NCBI GenBank assembly: GCA_021432655.1
Contig: MU271205.1
Coordinates: 62,001-126,000 of the forward strand
DNA: 64,000 nt
Reading direction: 5' to 3'
DNA from: Atractiella rhizophila
Taxonomy: Eukaryota
Part shown: positions 26,948 to 37,290 of the stretch, piece after piece
Layout: each line of letters starts with the position of its first letter
Numbering within the stretch: the first letter of the stretch is position 1
Notes under the pieces: generated by a model
Told to the model about the DNA's origin: nothing
Databases searched by the model: none
What the model saw: only the letters and a program-made list of their open reading frames with translations
Translations under genes and position numbers: made by a program

Positions 26948-28565
26948 ATGTCCAGTCGTCGCCAACCAGAGCCTTTCGAGTCTCCACCCTCTCCCCCAAA
27001 TCCTCCTAGCCCAATCGAGGACGACTTCGAGTCAGATCCGACTGTACTAAGATTGCAAAACCAGTTGAATGCCGCAACAAGCCAACATACCGTCCTTTCC
27101 GGCAGCGTGACGACCGCTGGGGATCAACTGGTGATGCTCCAAAGAGGTGCAGAAAAGTATCACCTTACGGTATGAACTTCTTCTACCTTTTAAATTGTTG
27201 GTTAAAGAGATGCTTATTTACAGGCCCAAGTGGCGATGAAAACCTATGAGGTACGCTGGTACTTGTCGGTCGGCATGGCATTAATATGAACACAGCGTTG
27301 AAAACCGACCTCCCGATGTCTGATGCCATAGTGAGTTTCCTTCGTCATAGACTTCGTCTTCGCTCGTTGCTGACTCCAATTTTACATTTCTAGAACGGAG
27401 TGAGCGCTTCCATTAATTCAGACCCCGCTGAAACCGTCGATAGCTCTCGTTCGACAACGATCCGGCGATTCCAATGGAAGTTGACTACGAGATACCTCCT
27501 CTGATCATAGGAGCGACTGTGAGTGCTCAATTATTTTCACAATGATTCTGAACATTAAGTGCTTTCCCGTCATTTTGGGCAGGATGCTATGGCAAGCTAC
27601 GGTATTTTTCAAAAGGTTTTGTGGCTGATATGGGATAGGAATCTGACACCCGAACGGAATATGAGTTGCGTTGTGAATTATCTAGAGCAATGCAAGAGAG
27701 GGACGAGGTATGCGCAGTTGCGTTGTAACGCTTGAGCTCAGTCAGCTTACTTGCGATGGCTTAGCTCGAAACGCGCGCTATTTCTTTGGCGGAAAAGCTC
27801 AGACAAACGCTCGCGGCTATGGTGCGTGGTTTCGTGGTCTTTCTTTTCATCGAGCTTTGTCAACAATCGTTGGTAGGGGCTTGTACGTTCCCAACCTTGT
27901 GATTCAATCGCTTGCTCAGTCGACATTAGGCTCATCAGCCATTGAGTCTGTTCGGTGCTCAAGAAGTCTTGGTCGCTATAACGGCAGGGCGTCTCCCCGG
28001 CGCTATACGCGACTCCGAACGAAAGCAGGCGGTAACACGCGTTCCGGACCTTCGTAGGTCATTTCTGTCCTTATTCGAATACTAAAGCTGAATGTGCGGC
28101 CAGATGCAAGGGATGCTCTTACGAAAGTCACTCGCCGCGTTCGGAACAACGCTGCTCATCCAGACTACCATAAGATCCTACAGATGGTGAAACATCTGGA
28201 TGACGAGAAGGTTGCGTCGAGCATTTTGGACCTGATCGCAGAAAAGTCTTTGTCAGAAACGCAACTTGCTCAGATCAGCTTTTTGTTTATCTTCGATAAG
28301 CTTGGGGTGAGTACTTGGTTCCGTTTACTCCTGTTCCCTATGTCACTAACGTTTTTGAAAGGGAGGACCGTCCCCAGATCCGGAGCAATCTGACGAAGAC
28401 GCCAGAGAGGCTTGGTTGGAGTTTTTCACGTGGATCGCAAATAAAGCGGAAGCTGCCGAGCTTGTCAGGGTGGGTAAGCGCAAGCTAGAATTGGTGTTTG
28501 GGAGTACTTTTGGCCAGGAATTTGTTGATAATGTTTGGGCCATGTTGAAGAGTTCAGGGCATTGA
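26948..28565 (+). CDS. Hypothetical multi-exon protein (Pro-rich N-terminus, coiled-coil, helical C-terminus)
   Basis: MSSRRQPEPFESPPSPPNPP..LRLQNQLNAA, then a series of ~50-nt GT-AG introns (~27169, 27251, 27331, 27519, 27709, 28306). The last exons are HPDYHKILQMVKHLDDEKVASSILDLIAEK../..FGQEFVDNVWAMLKSSGH*. The internal frame was not fully resolved. Confidence 0.5.
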
Positions 28566-30303
28566 ACAAGGCACATTGTGCTTGTTCCTTGGCTAGGCGA
28601 CAGATTGTCTTGTCAATGGTGTCTCTACATATTCGTTCTCCCTATCACCAGTCCCCATTTCCCAAATTCCTATGCCCCGCTCATCTAGTATTCAGACGCT
28701 TGGTCCTGGTCTTTCTCCCTAATGCGTAAGGGGAGCTAACGTGAGGTGAGGAGAGAGTATACGATGCTGAGGGTCGAGCGTACTCAGTTCTTGTCCTCCT
28801 TCTGCTTTGTCGACGAATGCCACGTCCTCATCGCATCCTCTTCCTCACGATCCTTCCAACTGGCAAGACGAGAACCATGATCTCTCGAGTTGTTTGGCGG
28901 TACTCTTTAGCTGAGAGGCTGCCGATGAATGGCCATATGTAACGACGGAGGTGCTGCTCTATTTGAGGCAGGATTGATGGGACAGTCGTAGCGGCAAACC
29001 ATGATATATATGATTCGCTGCCGTACTGACCTTTCTGATCGAGGAAGGCATAGACCACCATTACCGATGGGCAAAGCCAGTTTGCGCTTGGAGCGTGCAC
29101 ACATTTCAACAGAATTCGAGGAAAGGGAAGGAGAGCAGAGATTCCGTCCTCAGCTCATAGGTGATGACTCTACATAATAGTTCAAGAGTTCAAGCGGGAA
29201 AAAGGAAGCGTAGATATCCCACTCGGCACCAATCCAAAAATGCCGTCCCATTAACCCATTGCTGAACGCTCGGAGAAACTCATTTCTTATCACTCTGTAC
29301 TAATAGTCCCCAATCACTTATCAGTGTGCAAGCGATACAAATAGTTATGTGATTGAGGAAAAGAAGAAGAAGGGAAACATATGAAGCTATACTTATAAGC
29401 CCGGGTTCGCGGTGAGGTGCATATGTTTGGTACGGCATCCAGAACGCGAGGCAAACGAAACAAACAGATGACATCTACCGATCTTCAACACGTATGATAG
29501 TACTAATGGATTGAGTTGCAATGGAACTCTGGTACCCTGCTAGATGTGGTATCGAATCTGTAAAATCGCATGCCTGGTTAACGCGAGGTATCACGTGTTA
29601 CCACGACAACTTTACGTGTTATGTAATCAGACCCTGTCAGATTGTAGACGACCAAACGGATAACAAGAGCGGCCACAGGGTTTGTTGATAGCAAGAGTAA
29701 GCGCAGTAAGCACAGAACAGCAACTTTCTGCATTAATTGGAGCAAACGGTGAGTTATTCCCTTCACTAGTGATGGGAGTGTCTGAAGGGCTTTGTTTATC
29801 GCTCAGGCTTTTTCTCGACCAATACTCCATTAATTTTCACGATGTTCCAACCACTTTGTGCACAGGCACACATTGGAAAACATAGCTTTACGCCCCAATC
29901 AGCCCAGCAGGTGAGTCGAGAGGTAACAACTGAAACCTTCGAACTAAGACATCATCCCAGGATGGGGTTTCTTCATGCGTTCCAATGGCAGCCAACAACC
30001 AAACTCCCCAGTACAGCTTTCCTTTATCCTTCGCTTTCGCACCTGTCTCACACCTCCCTCTTTGTTTAGAGGTTTGATTTCTTCTCTTCTTATTGAGTTG
30101 ATCACTGAGCGAATTTGTGTGGAAGCAGAAGTCTTCAAATAGCGTCAACAAGATCACCTTTCCTGCACCACCATCTTCAGCTTTTATGGCTAATTCACCC
30201 CTTTCGTTACAAGTACGTATTTTTGCGGCTGTGGCAGTATCTGACGAGTTCGAGACAGACTATCGGTTCATATTCTACCAGCAATCCCACCGAATGCGAC
30301 GAT

Positions 30304-31563
30304 ATGGACACGAGTGACGACGATTCCTTGTTTGCTCCTTCATCACCCGCAAAAGCTGAGGAGGATGTTGACATGGTTCGTTCCTTGATTGAGAATCTCA
30401 GAATGACATCCATGCTGATTGGTCCGCAGTGCTGGGAACACCAGAACGACACCCAGTCTTTATCGATGCTACCGCGGGAACTCCTCCTTCGAATTTTCCG
30501 GATGGTTGTCTATACCAGGTACTCGACCGCAAGGTTCGCCCATACCGAACTGGCGGAACTGTCACTAGTTCGACGTTCCTGGTGCTCTCTCGCACGTCTT
30601 TTGATGCACGAGAACATCGATCTTGAATCGGACCAGCTTGAGACCTTTAGAGCTCGCCTCGAGGCGAACAGTCATATTGGTCCTCTCATAAGATCTCTCG
30701 ACTTGCGCTGCCCTTACGTCGATCCGAAACGGCTCATCCGTATTCTGAAGCAATGTCCGATGCTTCAACACCTCTCCTTCGATCCGCCAGACGCAACCAT
30801 ACGTAAATCAATGGGACCATTGCGTAATGTTTTCGACCTTCTTGGCGCCATGAAAACGTTCACCTCCTTTGATTTCAAGCCTTCACCGTCCCGTCTTTCA
30901 ATCCAGTTCCCGCTGGATATCTTGCGTCCTCTAACCGATCTACAACATCTGAAGATTTCTGGATGGACCGCGTTCGAAAGTCATGACAAAGAGCCTGTAA
31001 CGTTCCCTCACTTGCGTACATTCGCCTTGTCGCGCAGCAAAGTGGGTCCAACACGAGTTTCCGAGCTGCTCGCCATCCTCCGCAATGCGCCGCGTCTACA
31101 GGCATTGGCTCTCCACTGCTTGGACTGTCCTGTCGAGTCTGTACCGGACATCTTCCTGGCGACAACACCTACGCTTCGAGCTCTTCGATACCAGCATTTC
31201 GAAACGGGAGGAGACGAAGTTGGATCGATTTTAACGACCGCTGTCCAACGCTTTAAGCAGCTTCGAGAGCTACGATGTGGTGGTTCCACCTTTTCGGCAG
31301 GGCTTATTCCTCAGATTACATCAACGATCGAAGTAATTCGGACCGACTTCAATGTCAGCTCGGAATGGTGGGATTGCTGGGTTCAGGATCTGCTGCATGG
31401 ACTCCATCCCCAATTGCGACGTTTGGTGGTGAATGCGCGTCTTTACCAAAATTTCCACGACAAGAAATTATTTTCGGTCTGTAGGGATCTTGGGATATCG
31501 ACAACATTGCCGCCTATCAACCGTCGTTGTCCCGACCACCATTTTTTGTATGAAACCTTGTGA
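30304..31563 (+). CDS. F-box / RNI-like LRR protein, chimeric copy (diverged 5' end + near-identical copy of 19974-21058)
   Basis: ORF 30115-31563. ATG at 30304 (MDTSDDDS), with an intron at the same position as in copy 1. The protein is nearly identical to copy 1 from LLLRIF onward. Confidence 0.8.
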   Translation: MDTSDDDSLFAPSSPAKAEEDVDMVRSLIENLRMTSMLIGPQCWEHQNDTQSLSMLPRELLLRIFRMVVYTRYSTARFAHTELAELSLVRRSWCSLARLLMHENIDLESDQLETFRARLEANSHIGPLIRSLDLRCPYVDPKRLIRILKQCPMLQHLSFDPPDATIRKSMGPLRNVFDLLGAMKTFTSFDFKPSPSRLSIQFPLDILRPLTDLQHLKISGWTAFESHDKEPVTFPHLRTFALSRSKVGPTRVSELLAILRNAPRLQALALHCLDCPVESVPDIFLATTPTLRALRYQHFETGGDEVGSILTTAVQRFKQLRELRCGGSTFSAGLIPQITSTIEVIRTDFNVSSEWWDCWVQDLLHGLHPQLRRLVVNARLYQNFHDKKLFSVCRDLGISTTLPPINRRCPDHHFLYETL

Positions 31564-32823
31564 AATGTTAATCAGTTGAGATATATCAATGCTTTCCCTA
31601 CCTACTTTATGCATAGAGCGACAAAGGAACGAGAGGACCAATTATTGAAGACAATCGACGCATCGCAAATCTCAGTAAAAGCAGGTTCGATCGCTGGCCC
31701 GTCTAGCCATTAGGTACAAACACTGCTAACGTGCATGATTTATTCATGTTCTACCGCTAAAGACATCATACAGTTTTTGGCAAAAGAGTAGCATAATTTG
31801 CTTATATTCCCACTGCACGCCACGCATTGAAGCAGCCGCTATACGACATTGTTCACATATCACTTCATTCTCCTCATCACTTATTGAACTAGTGCCATAC
31901 ACAAGCAAGAGGAAAGGCGCACCCAAGCCTCACCATTGGTTGTCGTGTTGTGAGTGAGTTTCATGAAGCTCCTTGGGCCAGTTAAAGTCAATCTGCCTCC
32001 AGTTTGATTCTCTCTTCAAGCAAGCTGTCTGGCAATTGCCAGCAGTTTCATTCCAAAACTCTTTCCCACGATCTTCAGAGCATCACCCCACTGACCACGC
32101 AAACCTCCATGCTAACCAACGATTTTGTCCCTTGAGAGAACGCTGGAGGAGTTAAGAGGGAACGAACCAAATAAGCTAATTGCACTTGTAGCTCCTTTGA
32201 AACTAGGATATCTGGGTCGCCTTTGACGGTTTCTGCTGTAAGATCAACGATGTTTTTTGCACCTCGGCTGCCTTGGAGTCCATTGATTTGATGAGCTAGA
32301 CGTAGGCAATGGATGATGAATTAGAGAACTGGTTGCAGACACGTATAAAGAAGGAACGCACCATTCCTTCAGCTTTGAGCGCTTCTGCTTTGCTTGGGGA
32401 TCAATGTCTTCCTCATGGTCTAATTCTTCCAGATGAATTCTAGGCTCAGTAACATTGTTCCATTGTGTTCATGGTCCAACATGTATTCCTATTGATGACA
32501 ATCAGTTCTGGTGCAAAGAGAGAATCCATCTGATATCCACTCACAGTGAGGGTGCTATTAAAGCCATCCTTATACTTCACTCATTGCTCTTCTATTCTCC
32601 TTCCTCGTTACGCATGAAGGTAATTCTAAAAGCGCCAGTTGTTGTACAGCTTTTGCAACGTAGATTGTCGGTTCAGGTTGGCTTTCAACCCGTCCTTTGA
32701 AATCATACTACAATGTGTCGAAGGACTGTTTATCACGTCCGACAGATTCACCCCTGCCACGGCATTCCGAGTCACTCAAGAAAAGCTGATGACAGGAAAG
32801 CTTACCGTTGATGCGTTTTTCCT
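30481..32823. repeat. Inverted duplication, right arm
   Basis: Reverse complement of 18689-21058, apart from the internal 144-bp inversion and small indels. Confidence 0.95.
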
Positions 32824-33673
32824 TCGGTCCGAAGAAGTTCATCCGTATCCTTAACGAGTGCCCGACGCTCCAACACTTTTCCTGTGATCCAGCATGCTAC
32901 TGGGAATACGGACGCCGTTTTCGACGTTCTCGGGTCAATGAAAACTTTTGTCTCGCTCGACTTGGGATGCTGGGATCCATCCCATCCATTCGAATTCTCG
33001 CTGGACATCCTGCGTCCTCTGAGCGGTCTACGACACTTGAAGCTGTCACAATGGACTGCTATCGAAGGGAATGGGAAGGTGCCTCCAGTGTTCCCTCGCT
33101 TGCGTACATTCGTCTTGTCCCACTGTAAACTCGATGAAGCACATGCTTCCGACCTGCTCGACATCCTTCGCAATGCGCCGGAACTCCAAGCATTGTCCCT
33201 GGTCAACTGGGACTGCCAAGTCGGGATGTTAGAGCAAATCTTCAAGGTGACGACGCCTACCCTTCAGGCTCTTCGATTCGGAGCCTTTGAGATGTGGGGA
33301 GACTTTAGTGGGATTGGATGGGCTGTCGGTGTCGGTCTTGTTCACTTCAAGAATCTCAGGGAACTACACTGTCGCGGCTTCATGTTTCCATCGGTCTTTC
33401 TTTCTGCAATTGCATCGACGATTGAAGTCGTTGGGATGGACTGTCACCTCAATCCGGATTGGCACGATTGTTGGGTCCAGTTTCTGCAAGAGGGACTTTA
33501 TCGATATTTGGGTGACTCAGCTTCTGAAGCAACATTCCCACGAGAAACTCTTTTCACTATGTAGGAGTATTGGGATCTCGACAACGTTACCTTCGCGGCT
33601 CGTTTATTCAAGCGACGACTTTATGTATGAAGCTTTGAGAATGTCTGTGCCTGTGTTTGAATGTTTACAATGA
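32824..33673 (+). pseudogene. 5'-truncated, frameshifted F-box/LRR paralog remnant
   Basis: PKKFIRILNECPTLQHFSCDP / VFDVLGSMKTF..FSLDILRPLSGLRHLKLSQWTA..FPRLRTFVLS..WHDCWVQ / HEKLFSLCRSIGISTTLP align to the F-box protein across three reading frames. It starts exactly where the inverted arm ends. Confidence 0.85.
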
Positions 33674-34341
33674 CCCGAGAGGAGATAGCAAGGTTGTGGA
33701 AGACAGACATCCTGGATATGTCTCGTTGTATCCTAATGGCTACCTAGCACGGAGAGAAGTTTGTGCTCGAAAGAAAGCGTGCGCCTTGATCAGTGTGTAG
33801 GCGCCTATCTAGAGTTGGCACGATGATCACGACAATTTTCGCCCTCAGAACTTGTAAGGGGGTAAAACGACTGTATGGGTAGTTTTCGAACGCAAAAGTC
33901 GAGACGAACGATGTGGGGCTAGTGATGTATTGTCAGAGCATGTTGTACGTGAAGCAGCAAGCGTGTATTGAAACTTGGTGGTTGTCTACTGCTACCAGCA
34001 TTTCTTTACATACAAATCCACTTAAACTAGTGCAGATACCACTGAGTAGGATCTTCTATTATGACGTCCCGGATCAGTCCCTTTCGTATCGGTCATAAAC
34101 GTCGAGTACGCCGAATTATGTAGATGTAGTGAAAGCACAAGGAAATGAAACGGCGATGAAGGCGGAGCATTCATACTGTATCGTATTCACACTGTGGGAT
34201 GGTATTACCTTCATTTCACGGATAATATATGATCTAGCGCATCGAAATGTCTTTACTCGAGCCTTTATTACCGCGCCGTGTCCCGGCTTAGTTCTTCCCA
34301 ACCTTAGACATCCGCAATATCCTCCTTATTTCTCTCCCAAG

Positions 34342-35128
34342 CATGTAGAAGGTGTGAGTGTGTGAGTGTAGAGATGGAAGCGATGGTCGGTTCGCTCAGA
34401 GAGGAGGTGGATAGGATCTTTACGGAGGAGCGAGTGAGCGCATCTTGGGACAGGTACGAGGTTCAATCTTCGAGAGGAGAAGGAGGTGGAATAGACAGTC
34501 AAGGGTGGATATGGCCTGACGGCATCGGAGAAGAGGTCCTTTATTATCCTCCATTTCTTGAACCCAGCATGTTGTCAGCGGACGACCTCTCCCTCTCCGC
34601 ACCTCAACAATTATCTACCTCTCAGCGATCTCGACTCCCACGGTCTCTCTCCGGCCCGAACTCTCGGCTCTGACGTCCATACGCCCACTAGCACCATTCC
34701 TCTACCTCATCGCACTCGTCCTCCGCACCATGATCGGGAGACGACGAAGTGTGGAGTGTAGGCGCAAGGCGTCATCAGATGAAAGTGGCGGAGAAAGCTG
34801 TTTGTGAGGATCTGAACAAGATGTGGATGGACGAAGGCTGTGTACAATGCTTGAACTTTGGTGGAAGGATTGAGGTTTATGGTGGCGTATTAGGAAGCTA
34901 AAGCAGGATGCGGAGTAGGGACAAGGAGAGACGTGAGTGCTTCCCTATGTTCTGGAACGAAACCGCATATCTTTCCTGAGAGAAGAGGGAATGAACTCCT
35001 TATAAATGCGGCGAAAGCTGGTGTGGAAGGAACGAGTCAGATTTCGTTGAGCTAATAGAGTGTTCCGCCTGTGGCGAGCTCAACCAACTCCTCTGTTGAC
35101 TCATTGGCATTGCGGATCGCTGACTGTC
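34342..35128 (+). pseudogene. Internally deleted, degenerate inverted copy of the 23432-25211 gene
   Basis: gtagaaggtgtgagtgt..gagatggaag..GWIWPDGIGEE matches revcomp 24770-24400, then jumps to match 23800-23415. Stops and frameshifts are present. Confidence 0.85.
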
Positions 35129-35717
35129 ATGAAATCATCTAATCGTACATCAGGTGCCGAAAATTTGACAGACAACACAACCTGAACAAGGAAAGCAGCC
35201 TCATTAAGGTCACTACTTCGCGTAGGTTATTTACTGACGAAATGGGGCATGCACATCAAAAAAGAGTTTTGAGGATGGATTCTACATGGCACGTAGCGAA
35301 GGCTCGTTCTGTCATTTGACCAATTACTCAACTTCCGGTGTATGGCTATGAGAAGCAACATCTGATTTCACAAATTTTGGCTATTCACTTCGGCGGACAT
35401 CACAACAAAGGTCCAGGACAGTTTAAGTGCTGGAGGTATATGTGATTGCTTTCCTCAATAGGAAGCTATCTTTACTTCGGTTTATCGGATTCTCATTTAC
35501 CTGCTCCGACTCCTGGAGCTTTCACGGGGTTCGCGACACTGGGTTCTCCTATTGTTTCCTTGGCATTGATGAGTACTCTGGAGGAAAGGCAGTGGAGACA
35601 ACAGTACTTTTGCTTGTAGATTCCACCATCTCCCTCTCTGACACCGCGGTGTAGTTTCCTTCGGTCGTACCTTATCCTTTCCTTTTAAATACCCGTTTAT
35701 TCACGAATGGAGCCAAA

Positions 35718-37188
35718 ATGGATCCTGCCCATTCCTACCCTCCGTTGCCACACAAACGCTTTCCTTCTGCCATCCCTTCTCGACAAAAGAGGTTCCTTTT
35801 TCTCACAGCTCTAGTTGTCTTTGGAATCCTGCTTATTTGGCAAAATACAGTAACATCTTCATCCCAGTTGGTACTTCCTGATCTGTTTGTCAGTATGCTG
35901 ATGGAGTGTTAGCACGCAAGAATATTTTGGCGGTCCTCTTTTGCAAGGAGGAAGGGATATACTTCAGCTTGGGAAACTGAGATTGAATTTAAGCCACCCT
36001 TTCCGCACGCAGTACATACCCATATCAGCTTCGGAACAGGATGAACCAAACTATCTTCTTTCTATTTACCGAGCTTGGACAGATGGCTGGAAAGAAGGAG
36101 AAGATGGACCGCAGAGCTTGGAAGAGGTGACGGACGAGATGGTAGAAATGATGGGACCCATCATGAAGGAAGACGACATGTTCGCAGCAAAGGAGGGTAT
36201 TTCTACGGAAAATCCGGCTATTCATCTACCCGAGTCTCAACATGTCTCTCTTCACGAACGCACAGTTCTCCTTCTGTCCACCACTGGAGACAGTCTCCAT
36301 CTTGCTTCCCTCTGCTCCTATTTCTCCACCGCAACTCACACCATCCCGTATCGTTGGTCCCCAGTTTCAGAGGAGGGAGAGGAGGAAGAAGTACTGCTCA
36401 CAGCATGCTCTCTGCCACAATCTTCAATTACATTCCTCTCGCTTCCTATTCCAATGCCGATCCTCTCAACTTCCGCATTCGAAAACTACATCCGTCGAGT
36501 GGTTTTACCCTTGGCAACGCCTTTTCAGGACGAATATTGTCGTGGTCATAGTGCCACCTCCAGATGGGCGCCGGACGTCGTCGTGTTCTCCTCCACGGAT
36601 CAAGACATCACAAGTCTTTCGAGCACAGACTTGTCTCCCTCCCAATTTCGGCAATTGTTACAAGAAGGTGATATATCCAGGATGTATTCCACAAACTTGC
36701 TATCTCATTTTTGGGGCATGTCTTCTTCATATCTCGGGCATTCTATGTCCCTTCCTCCCGACAAAATGGAAGTTTATCGAATCGCACTTACTCGTGCATT
36801 CCAAGTGCTTATGGAGACGTTTTCTACTTCTGCCATTGCTTTCAATCTCACACCGAGGCAGCCATTGAACTCGATCATGAAAGAGGAGGAAGAGGAGGCG
36901 ACCTGGAGCACGGTTCTAAGATCGCATATGATGAGGAATGTAGAACGGTATGTGTGCCAAGGGCTAAGCCTCGACCGGGGTACAGAGTGCTTCGATGTCG
37001 GGGGTATGATGGAGGGATACGGTGGAACATTCTCAAGAGGAAGCTTTGTGAGTGTCTTTCTTCTCATTCTTTGATGAAACACGGCTTAGAGCATACGTCG
37101 CCAGAATCCTGAAGGAGTTCTCTTGCTTCAAAAAGTACTGGAAGTACTAGGCAGACGTGGCGAAGGGAATATCAATCATGAGAAATAG
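35718..37188 (+). CDS. Type II membrane protein, degenerate SGNH/PC-esterase (Cap64-like) paralog B; 3 exons
   Basis: N-terminal TM (RFLFLTALVVFGILLIW), ERTVLLLSTTGDSLHLASLCSYF, PDVVVFSSTDQD and CFDVGGMMEGY. The last exon ends HEK* at 37186-37188. Confidence 0.72.
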
Positions 37189-37290
37189 GATTGAGGATGA
37201 TGAACATGTCTCAACGTTTCATCCTTTTGAAACTTTGTGCGATAACTGAAGATATTGCAAGATAGCCGCGTAAACGCTGTAGGTTGCTAA

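Noticed and set aside
18689..32823. Giant transposon (TIR element, Maverick or Starship) bounded by the inverted arms
   Set aside because: The arms are host gene sequence. I saw no transposase, integrase or tyrosine recombinase and no target-site duplication.
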